A stretch of DNA of 64,000 bases from Paraphysomonas bandaiensis (taxonomy: Eukaryota > Protista > Chrysophyceae). The position numbers and the translations under genes are program-made. Where the stretch lies: the NCBI GenBank assembly GCA_965644295.1, contig CBFFRP010000119.1:186001-250000 (forward strand), read 5' to 3'. The notes under the pieces were generated by a model. It was not told the origin of the DNA and did not search any database. It worked only from the letters and a program-made list of their open reading frames with translations. Position 1 is the first letter of the stretch, and each line of letters begins with the position of its first letter. Positions 1 through 10,660 of this stretch are shown piece after piece.

Positions 1-327
1 CCGGTACTATTTCGATTTACAGAATTGAGGGTATAGTTCATAATCGGAATTTCTTATTAACATTGAGAAAACATAAGTACTGGTTCTGTTTTTACTATTG
101 GCATTGGCACTATATAATACAAACAGACAAGCAGTACTTAAAAGTAACCGAAAGGCTTTTTTGGAGCAAGGTACTCATTCGAATTCAATTGCATAGTCAA
201 TGCATTAAGGGCTTATGCAATAAAAAGAGTATCATTCAATGCCTTGCTTTATGCCCTATGGTTGTCCCAGGTTTCTTCAGAAAGAGTTAGAGTTCTAGAA
301 TTCTCATTGCTATATCGAGAAGAATAT

Positions 328-688
328 CAGGGCCTGGTAACTATTAATGACCCATTAATGGTAGTCTAGTTCCCGGCAATTATAATGGCATTAATGAAAA
401 ATGTCCCGGAAATTATAATGGCCATTAATGGCTATTTTACCTACTAACTTTTAAAGTAGATAGCACCACTCATATAATAGATAGTGTTGTGCAACCTTAA
501 TTACTAATTTTTAGTTAAATAGTAGACTACAAATTTTAACTACTTCTCGCTCTCTACTGGCACATCAGGATCTTCTTGCAGGGCTTCATGGAGGGTATAA
601 ACATCCCACAACATGTAATTGGCTCGTAGGAATAGCAACGATTCTAGACGATATGGATTCATGTTTCTACGCTCAGGTCATAATAATC
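328..688 (-). mobile_element. Truncated hAT element end (family B) with relic of the transposase C-terminal dimerisation domain
   Basis: Terminus CAGGGCCTGGTAAC at 328 is the same as the MITE at 57430, followed by CCATTAATGG subterminal repeats. Minus strand ~540-688 reads RRNMNPYRLESLLFLRANYMLWDVYTLHEALQEDPD, typical of a hAT C-terminus. No second terminus found. Confidence 0.75.
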
Positions 689-907
689 AACAATAGTATG
701 TGTGTCAATATAGGATTAAATTTTAATTATAGGCATGCAAAATCGGTGGTAGCACACTGCGAACTCAGTGGATAGTGTACCTTATTACTTGTTTTTAATT
801 TACTAGTACGATAAAAAAGTTTTCTAAAGATAAAATTCAAATAGCTTTTGTAATGTCCACTTAATCGATGTTAGAAATAACGAAATAGATGTACTTTATA
901 TAAAATT

Positions 908-2282
908 CTACATATTCACAATGCCTCTACTGGTGACATATCTAGAGCTAGGGTGTTGACTTCGAGTATTCTGAGCAAACGCTGACACCCACTCATCCAG
1001 GAAATCTTTAAACCGTGCGTAAAAAACACCATTGTCCCTGTAATGAAAACATCATTGTTATACTAAGACTACCTTATTGCGTTGAAATTTCTTGTATCGC
1101 AAAGCAAAACCCGTTCCATAATTATTCAGTAAATACAGATGTACACACCTGGTTATTGTCTCTATATTGTTGTGGCCAGCTCCATCTACCCAAAATGGCT
1201 TAGCTCTGCAGTGCACTGGCGAGGCAAGAAATAAGTCCTCCCCATTCCAGAAGGGTACCACTTCATCTCTAGTACCGTGGATGACATATATCGGACAACA
1301 TACACTCGATATTCTACATAATTATACACCATATTTATTACAAACAATTGATAGAGGAAAATGAGGCACCCGCATGCACATCAATAACACGCATCAATAC
1401 CTGTCGACATTAGGGAACATATCTCCTGGCAGGGTGAATCTAAAGTTGAACGCCACACGGTATATCGACAAAACTGGGCTCTGAATATTAAACATTAAAA
1501 CAAAATATTACATAATAGTTATGTCAGAAACACTCTAAATTGCGTGCCAATACCTGCAAAACGAGACCACCCAAGTAAACCCCTTGACACGACAATTTGT
1601 GGGCTAAGTATGTTGACGGACCACTTCCCAGTGATCTTCCGTACCTACGGCGTAGTAGAACAGTGAAATCGAAAGTACATAGTGGATATTGCGTGTGTCT
1701 ACACTCAAGCAAGACGCAAACACAATCTTACAATACAATATTCTCCGGTGGAATAAGAAGCTTTTCGGTCAAATGGGAATATGCAGCCCTAGTGATGAGA
1801 GTCAGCGGTTTATGAAAGAACATGTTCAGTGAAAACAAGCAATACTCAATCAAAGCAAAGATATGCAATCTGTACGTACTCGATGTTTTCGTAGCATGAT
1901 TTTTCACTTGGAACACCCGGTGCTTTCCCATATCCCTCATAATCATATGCTAACACATTCACTTGGATCTCACGGCTGAGTTCACAAAACCACTCATATA
2001 TCATACCCAGATCTAATAACACGTTAAGAAGATGGGACTAACGGGCTACGAGCATCCAACCAACCTTCCGCATTACCATGAGAAAAAAGGAGCGTTACTT
2101 TGCATCTGAATGATTGAATAGCGTGAGGTAGTTAAGAGTGATAGAGATGCTTACTTTCTGTTTATATAAAAAGCAGGGATTTTAACGCCGCTTTTAGTGT
2201 CCAGCCATATTAAATTCTTTGTGGCATTCAGATAAGTCACTGAAGGTGGTTGGAATACCAGGGAAGATAGAGTGGACCCCAT
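908..2282 (-). CDS. ABHD17: ABHD17-like alpha/beta hydrolase (depalmitoylase family), multi-exon
   Basis: Spliced product reads MGSTLSSLVFQPP...LFSHGNAED...YDYEGYG...YGRSLGSGPS...IHGTRDEVVPFWNG...GAGHNNIE. GT-AG introns; TAG at 908-910. Confidence 0.9.
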
Positions 2283-3251
2283 GTGTGAGGCGAATGGTCA
2301 GTGAATAGATGAGTTATGTGTTTGAGGGATGGCGTGTATCTGTCCAGAGTGTTGCTGGGAACTTGAGCAGGAGCCTGCAGTGCCTCGAGCTGTATACAGA
2401 TACACTGGACCCAATACTACACATGCATACAGCGGTATATACATGTATTTATGTATTTACATGCTACACTGTACTGTGTGTGCATGCATAGTATATGATG
2501 CATATGCTATCTGGATATTGTATGGTATGGTGTGGTATGATGTGGTATGATGTGGTGTGGTAGCAGTTAAACGTTATCATTACTTCGTTGTGCTGTTTGA
2601 AGTGCAAACCACACAGGACACATATGACTGGTGGTGAACAAACACGAATGCGCTCCTTCAAGTGGTGCGGAGTACGTGTATCTATTGCTATTGTGCTGTT
2701 GAGGTGTTAAACAGAACACATTGAGAGCCGCGCGACTCATCTCGAGTTTATTTTATTCTATCGATACATTATCTGATATATGTACTTATATATTCATACA
2801 TTCCAGTCGAATGAGAACAAGCTACTGTACATTCACAATGAGTATATATATGCATATGACATGTAACTTTGTCAATACGAGAATCTGCAACGCGTAAAAG
2901 GGTTTCGAAAATTTAGCTTTAAATAAGGACTAATTAAGCAATATTCGAAGAAGCAATGAACGATATGACACTGCAGTATTGCTCATACTATGATAAAGTA
3001 CATATCTACAGATTTTCTTATCTTAATAGCATTATTTTGCGTTCATTATACATATATATATATTAGTTTTCCAACTGGGATAGTAATACTGACTAAAATA
3101 AATTATAATTCAGTGTTCTAAATGCTCTAGAGAGAGTTGATATTAGGTTGATGAGTGTTTGGTAATGAGTTTCAAAAAAAGTCATCACTGTTAGATGCAG
3201 CTTGGTGTGAGAAGCACAACCAACCGAAGGAACGACCTTACCAACTACTTA

Positions 3252-4215
3252 TATTGAAAGTCTTATTATTTAGCAATAGGCGTTAAAAACTTGTACCAAT
3301 ATAGTGGCTAGTTGAATGCAAGACATACTAGTTAGGAACCCTTCCGTGCCACAAGTGGAAAGATTCTGGACGGGAACCATCACAACTACACAGATTGAAA
3401 TGGTTTTTGGAGATCACATCCATGAGTCACTGACATCCCAAGGACTGCGCAGCATCGAATCAGCGATCATCAAATTACTTCTACCGCTTTTCGCTGCAGC
3501 AAAGCTCATGATCCAAGATCGAAGTAGAAGATACGTGACCCTACGGAAAGGTCCCCCAAGGCTACTACCGCGGCCGAGTCCACAACAAAGACAGAAACGG
3601 AAACGCCCAAGGTTGCTAAGATTACTAGGAATCCACAGACGAACCAAGACTGGAACACCGCCCACCGCACCTATGAACCCTCCCAACCATACACAAAGGA
3701 CCATAGCACCGGACCGTATGAAACCAACAGGCCCTAGACAACGGCGACGACGTCTCCGGCAACTCCTCCTATGCCCAACGCCCAGACGGTGCATGGTGAC
3801 ACCGCTACACTCCACCACACCATCAACCTTTCAATCCACACATCTAGTGCTCGGTACACTCAGGACCTTAATACAGAACCCGGTACCTCAGAGCCAGGCG
3901 TAACCTTATCCCAAGGGGAGACCCCCGGACAACACGCGCCAGTGAGTCCTCAGACACACGAGCAGGGCGAACTCACACACAACATCAAGAACGGAAGTGG
4001 TTGCACCTTGGTGCTTGCGGCGACGCACAAGCAGCTTCTGGAGCGTTAAATAGTAGGATAATAGAATTTGTGCTGATTAGTTATGGGTAGAGGTCTAACT
4101 AGTAGATCTAGCATTCAACTAGCCACTATATCGGAACGAGTTTTTAACGCCTATTGCTAAATAAAAAGACATTCAATATACATACTAGTTAGACCTCTAC
4201 CCATAACTAATCAGC
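3252..4215 (-). mobile_element. Outer, very short (~110 bp) 5'-truncated non-LTR-type retroelement copy, interrupted by a second copy
   Basis: 3252-3335 joined to 4193-4215 is the reverse complement of the element 3' end at 4071-4180. Flanked by the direct repeat ACCAACTACTTA (3240-3251 / 4216-4227). Confidence 0.75.
3336..4179 (+). mobile_element. Inner 5'-truncated non-LTR-type retroelement copy (ORF C-terminal remnant plus 3' UTR ending AATAAAAAGACATTCAATATA)
   Basis: Flanked by the direct repeat ACATACTAGTTAG (3323-3335 / 4180-4192). GC-richer ORF remnant ERFWTGTITT...IKLLLPLFAAAKLMIQDR. The 3' region is homologous to 20170-20327. Confidence 0.75.
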
Positions 4216-5951
4216 ACCAACTACTTAAATCATTTCTACTTATATATATACTGTAGAAAAACTAGTTTTTCTCTAATTATCGTAATATTCTTACGTTTAG
4301 GTAATATTTACTGTTTAATTAATGAAACAATGATTACAGCAAATTCAGAGGAACTATTTGATCAAAACACATCATTTGTACTGGAGATGGAGAATCCACT
4401 GGAACTATACGGTACTGTACTGTCAAAATATAAACGGTTTCTTCGCTTGTTCACAAATTGTACGTATAATAAATACGATATAGTTTGGAATCAAATATTA
4501 GTTTAGAATAATAGTTTGGGCTGATATGGCGATCATTTTACTGGTTACACCGACTGATTACAGATCTTACAGGTCATTCTTTAGTCAGTCTTTAGATGTA
4601 TGAGGAGGACAGCATACTTTTACAGTTTGGAATTTATTTGGTAAATTGATTGACAGAGAGCTTACTAATTCCAATATCTAACATGAATTTTGTTCTTCGT
4701 TGCAGGTAATTATCAGAATAGTTCGATAATATAATAATAGAGGAGTTATGTGGTTGTGAAGAGTAATTTATGATCAATTTAATCTATTTATGTATATATT
4801 ATCAATATATTGCATTATATTTTGAGGCCAAATATATATATTGTAGGAAGCAAAAAACTAAAAAATTGCAATCCAATATTATGTTACTTGGCCCTGGGTA
4901 ATAGAGAGAATGTAATAATTGAATGGTTAGAGATATTGATTATAAGTAAGTTTAATAATTCATTGTTGAGTGAGTTCAACGTTACTTTATCATCCATATT
5001 TTTAGTCTTAATATAAATGCTTAAGGAGTAGGGAGGTGTTGTTGAATATGTTGTGGTCTTTCATAAACTTAGTTGAAATACATATGCTAGTGTCGGAATA
5101 CGTATGCTTCCCTAAGATAGAACTGTAGAATACGGTGAATACTGTAATACGTAGTCTAATATACTAGAAAGCTATAACTGTGAAACTGAAGTAATATACC
5201 TTGACTGTTCATTATACAGAAGTCGACCAGTGGTTGATATGAACGAGATATAGTTATATTTAACCACGGGCAATAAGAAGGAGGGCGAAAAGCACGAGTT
5301 TTAAAATTTTGAGCGCGGGACGATACTCCTTATCCCTAGGTTAAATTGTAGCTTATCCTCATGACGTTGATAAGTTAATATTAGATTGTATAGCTATTTG
5401 TAGCATGCTTGCTGTTTTAAGACATAGATGTTCCCTAATTAACATGATAAGGACACAAATGAGAACTCATATAGTTTCACATCAATGATATGTATACTGG
5501 AAGTGTGATGATGAATGTGAACAGTTGAAGGCGAAAGAGAGGCTTCTTATTCCCTTAATTAGCATCATCATCACATTTATATACAGCAGGCTTTACCTCT
5601 GCAAGTGCACCTGATCGAATGATGTGTGTATGATATGAGGCACACAATATCATGAGAAGCACGATATGGCTCAAACCCTGAAAGAACTGGGTGCCACTAC
5701 TCCTAACCACCTATATAGCATCAGATATGGTACTTAAACTCTCCTGTAATATTCTTGAAGTTGTTTCGAAGTCCTGAATATGAAGACAGATCACTTGCAC
5801 TGACATCGTTGTGATCTTATACAGCAGTCGAAGGATGGAATATAACTTGGAGTTAGATGATCTGCTCTTGGTTTCGCTCATGATTGTGGTTTCTCTATAA
5901 TTGTGTACTATAATGAAATCACGTACATATGACTGTCATTATCATACTTAG

Positions 5952-7139
5952 CAGGGATAGGGAACAATATATTGTATTGCAATATATTGTAAAATATATT
6001 GATTGGTGGACTGGTCAAATATTCCATCAATAGTGTTTCTGTTAATAGAGCTCACAATACTATTGCAATATATTGCAATCAATATTATGATAGTCATATA
6101 AGAGAAGATCCTCAACTGTATGGTGCAAAATATACGCCTCTGTATACAAATATCCGGAAAATAAGAAAAAAAGCCTATTTTTGATGTTATTTTCTATTTT
6201 TTATGTATCGCCAGCTCAAACAGCACTCTACACCTCTCCACATGTATGTACAGTACTTCTCTTAATATAGTATATATATCCTATAGTGACAAGAAGAGAC
6301 AACTGAATGATGAGTGCATACAAGAGTATCAAGTCAAGTGAATCTTTATGAATGCCGGAACATATTTGATGGCTTATTGAGGGACTTTAGGCCAAAGTAT
6401 CCACTATCTGCTTTACAGAAAAACAGTCCCATTGTTAATGATCCGAATTTCGAGAATGGAATTGCAAAACTCCAAGCAGGCGAAGAATTGGACTTGACAA
6501 GATCTGAGAAAGATTCTGTTAGAATATATCTCCGTTCAGACAGTGATTATTGCAACAATACAGAGGATGATGAAGCTGAAGTTGGCTATGCGGAAAAAAT
6601 TCTTCAATCAGCTCAAAAACTTAAGAAGCGAAAAGTTGAAATATCTAAGTACAGGTGCACGAGTCATGTAGTATGTACTTCCAATACGTGTGAACGCCTG
6701 TTCAGCGCAGCAAAACTGATTATATCAGTGTTGTGCAAACGTATGCATCCTACTACACTTAATATGCTGTTGTTTCTGAAAGCTAACCGACAGTTGTGGC
6801 CGGATGCAAGCATATTTCAATCAATATTGAATGAATATGGTGATGATGATGTCACCGATGATGGCTCAGAGGATGAGTATGAGGAAACTTTTAATTAGTT
6901 AAGAGTAGTGGGTTTGATTATCAAGTGACCTTAGACCTTATAAAATATGGCAAGTACTAAAAATGAAAACTACGGATGTGTTTACTTACTGATTAGTCAT
7001 ACTAATATATTGCAATATATTGTACAATATATTGCAATATATTGCAATAGTATTGTAGGGCCGGTTTAAAAAATCCATCAATACTATTGATGGAACGCTA
7101 CCTAACAATAGTATTGCAATATATTGTTCCCTATCCCTG
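5952..7139 (+). mobile_element. Non-autonomous hAT DNA transposon (family A), 1188 bp
   Basis: TIRs CAGGGATAGGGAACAATATATTG / CAATATATTGTTCCCTATCCCTG; 8-bp TSD ATACTTAG (5944-5951 / 7140-7147); subterminal TATTGCAATA palindromes. Confidence 0.95.
6314..6898 (+). pseudogene. C-terminal fragment of hAT transposase (dimerisation domain)
   Basis: Motif TSNTCERLFSAAKLII..KRMHPTTLNMLLFLKANRQLW with an acidic tail. No ATG start and no N-terminal BED/DDE region. Confidence 0.9.
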
Positions 7140-7628
7140 ATACTTAGGATAGAAGTGAGCTTATGTTAAACAGAATATTGAAGTTGAATGTCTATATTTG
7201 CCCGGTACTGAAGTGAGCACCCTGTTGAGTCCAAATCAGGTCAAAAAAGGCTTTCTTTTGAGACATAATGGGGATAACATATTATAGTGATGTTGTTGAT
7301 AAGTTTTACACACAATCATGCACGCAATACACAGTATATAACAAAATAGTTGATTAAAAATTCTCTTCACGATCTTAATTGTGTAAAAATGATCAATTGT
7401 TAATTTTCTTCTCCAACACTACAATATCCATTCTACAATGTACTTCGCAGCGACACTTCTAACTCGTTACGGTGTGTTTAAGACCAGCATATAACGAGCA
7501 TTTTTCACAAAATAAGTCAACGGTAGTCTAATACTATGGCTTCATCTTTACAGGCTCTACTCCTGTACAGAGAAAATAGCAATCGACTTCACTTAGATAT
7601 TAAAGTACATAGATATAGCCATACATAT

Positions 7629-8469
7629 TTAAAGTAAAAGGTTAGAATTCAGATCACTCTGTTCTTCTTCATCTACAACAGGTGTCAATATATTAACTAT
7701 GACTTCAACAGGCTTAATGAATTGCGGAATCAACAGACAAATAAATCCAGGGCCGAGATTATAAGTAATACTCGATCCGCTCTCAGTTTCATCTGGTAGA
7801 TTATCATAGCATCCTTCTTGATACGTAGCAATAGATATAAGTATAGTGAGTGTGGACACAGTGCCTGAGAGGATCGTCATGAACTTAGTGCAGTTCAAGT
7901 CCCCTTTTCTGGTGGATCTCTTGATGTTACCAGACACTGCGGGAAGAAGGGTTAAGAAGTTCACAATCGAACTTCTAAGAACTTTATAGCATGCAGCGCG
8001 GCACTCATCACAGTAGTCTTTATCCCCCACTAATGTATCATCACAATCATCACTTTCCCATAAAAAAGATTCCGTGTGACCATCAGTTTCGTACACAACT
8101 TTCTGAACTCCGATATATATTTTTGTGTCCTCCACTTCGCCAAAGGTCCTATATTTAAAACACAACACGATCAATCATAGTGACAGAGCTCTCCTAGTAA
8201 TGTGCTCACCAGTAAGTGTCTTTAACGATATCGTTGTGCTTCGATAGGGACACTATCGATACGGTTGCAAGAATCAATGCAACGAAAGACAGAGAGGCCA
8301 TAAACAGCATGATGCATCCTCTGTTACGATCAAAATATTGAACCCCGAATTTTCCTAATCCGTTACAACACCAGCTCTTATTGCAGTTTTTTCTGAATAA
8401 GAAGCGAGTTAACTGCTAGACCGCTGCGGTTATCATATCACTCACCTCGCCCCTGGAATAGCGCAGCAT
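7629..8469 (-). CDS. Uncharacterised multi-pass membrane protein (claudin/amastin-like topology), about 3 exons
   Basis: Joined exons MLRYSRGE|KNCNKSWCCNGLG...IMLFMASLSFVALILATVSIVSL..DTYW|..GEVEDTKIYIGVQKVV..CDECRAAC..LGPGFICLLI. Four hydrophobic segments and a Cys-containing loop. Confidence 0.65.
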
Positions 8470-9065
8470 GGTGGGTCCGGGCAGTACATGACCTATTGCA
8501 AGGCTGTTATATATGGGGAGATGTTGATAAATTGGTGCGCAGTGGAAATAGAGGGGACGGGGTCTATGCCACCTGCTGTACGATGCATGATACAGTCGCT
8601 GCCTTTGCACAGACATGATCTGCTGCTGCAGTACTGTACTACATGATTCATAGCAGTACTACATACACACTACAGGTACGCTGTATGTTTCCTGTATAGC
8701 TACCGTATACCGGTATACATATATAGTACAGGAATGTAGTGTATATATACGTAGAATGCTCGTAGAATGTTCTGTAGAGCCGTATATGGTATACTGTACT
8801 GTAGAATACAAGCGAGCGAAGGCAGTTGGCGAAGAAGAAGCAGGTAGCATGTCATCACCTTAAGAATGATCTTGGAATGATACTAATGCATTCAAATACA
8901 CGTCAGCATAACTTCTTTAATGTGAAGAATATGCCATCAACGAATTAATGTGGATAAAAACTCATTTTACGAAACTCCTCCACGCTGATCATAGTGACTG
9001 AAGTCTAAGAACTAACAAACTATTATTCACAACTGTCTATTTCACACTTGATTCGAAAGGAAGAC

Positions 9066-9298
9066 ATGCAAGAATTCGCAAACATTATGAAAAAGAACTG
9101 GAAGCCTCTTGCGGGGGGTTTGGCAGTGTGCACTCTGGGTGTGTTTGCAGGTGATACTGTGATAATTGTATTGCACTTACGAGACCTCATGGTGTGTTAG
9201 GTGGTTTCCCATTCACGTGGCAAAAAAATGATAACATGAAGAGTGCAAAAGTAGAGTGGGCTGATGTCGACAGTGTTAAAGATATTCCTAAGGAATGA
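9066..9298 (+). CDS. 60-aa single-TM microprotein, 2 exons (absent from the ORF track)
   Basis: 9066-9150 plus 9201-9298 across a 50-nt GT-AG intron gives MQEFANIMKKNWKPLAGGLAVCTLGVFAGGFPFTWQKNDNMKSAKVEWADVDSVKDIPKE*. Confidence 0.65.
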
Positions 9299-9867
9299 GC
9301 TGCAGGCACCCTATGGGAAAAGACATCACATGCACACACTATAACAATGTAAAATTCGCCAGTTTTTTCGAAGTACCCTTTTGTACTTATAAATGAAGTT
9401 TTTAATTTTGAAATTATTTAGTATATTAATAATTGATCGATTTCATTACACTCGTGTGCTGATACTGTAAGCGATTATGTCTGCTTGCAAAGTACTCAAT
9501 AGTTAGAAAAAAAGTACTCAATGAATTGTAATCCAACAGAAAGTAAAAAATGTGATGCCATTCTCGCTTGTCGTTGTAGTATTTCAAGTACTATGACACC
9601 AAACGTATCCTCCAAATGCTTTGTTGTATCACTGCGTAGGTGTAATGACTAAATTCGAATGTACTGAGTTAGAAAAATTGGTTGGTGAGTCTTATGCGAT
9701 CTTGCTTACTCGATTAGGTTCCTCATTGTTTTCATAGAACAAAACAGGGTATATGCCTTTATTTGATTGCAAGGATAGCATTTATTAGGGTTATTGATAG
9801 CTAGATATCGAAATATGTATCAATGCGAGACAACTGAGGCTTAAACCGAGTTGCATATTATAAATAA

Positions 9868-10660
9868 CAGGGATAGGGAATAATATATCCCATATTGCAA
9901 TACTACTGTTAGATAGCGTTCCACCAATAGTATTGATGGATTTTTTAAACCGATCCTACAATACAATTACAATATATTGCAATATATTGTCAATGTATTG
10001 CAATATATTAGTATGGCTAATCAGAAGGTAAACACTTCCGTAGTTTTCATTATTAGTATTAGTCATTAAGATCACATGACACCAAACCAACTGCTGCTTA
10101 CAGCTACTGAAAATCCACCTCGTCCTCATCCTCTGAGCCATCATCGGTGAGGTCAATATCACCATATTCATCCACATAATTAATTGAAATATGCTATTAT
10201 CCGGCCACAACTGTCGAATAGCTTTCAGAAACAACAGCATATTAAGTAGGATGGATACTTTTGCGCAACACTGATATAATATGTTTAGCTGTGCTGAACA
10301 GACGTTCCCATGTATTGGAAGTACATACCAGGGCCAGGCAACCGTTAATGACTCGTGGATCTGTACGTTTCTTAAGTTTTTGAGCTGACTGAAGATTTTT
10401 AGTCGCATAGTCAACATCAGCTTCATTATCCTTTGTAATGTTGTAACCAATTTCTCGGTTATTTATATCCATTTTGCACCATACAGTTAAGAATCTTCTC
10501 TTATATGACTATCATAATATTGATTGCAATATATTGCAATAGTATGATTGTGAGCTCTTTTAACAGAAACACTATTGATGGAATATTTGACCAGTCCACC
10601 AATCATTTTACAATATATTGTACAATGTATTGCAATACAATACATTGTTCCCTATCCCTG
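9868..10660 (-). mobile_element. Second, more deleted and frameshifted hAT family A copy, 793 bp
   Basis: Termini CAGGGATAGGGAA / TTCCCTATCCCTG; 8-bp TSD ATAAATAA (9860-9867 / 10661-10668); relic TSNTWERLFSTAK and LNMLLFLKAIRQLWP. Confidence 0.95.

Larger units (their letters stand above)
5060..7277 (+). repeat. Decayed dispersed repeat X (host of the hAT insertion); unclassified, with relic coding character
   Basis: 5250-5951 plus 7140-7277 align in reverse complement with 36780-37830. Further fragments at ~27130-27310 and ~12880-12950. Left boundary approximate. Confidence 0.75.

Noticed and set aside
3250-4216. DIRS-like (ITR plus internal complementary region) or Penelope-like inverted terminal structure as a single element
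   Set aside because: Two separate 12-13-bp direct repeats explain the layout exactly as nested insertions. DIRS elements do not make such TSDs, and no GIY-YIG or tyrosine recombinase motif is visible.
4370-4730. Possible WD40-like gene relic (TDLTGHS)
   Set aside because: Fragments are too short and interrupted to support a call.
8860-9010. Box C/D snoRNA (GTGAAGA ... CTGA)
   Set aside because: Box C is imperfect, with no convincing terminal stem or recognisable rRNA guide.
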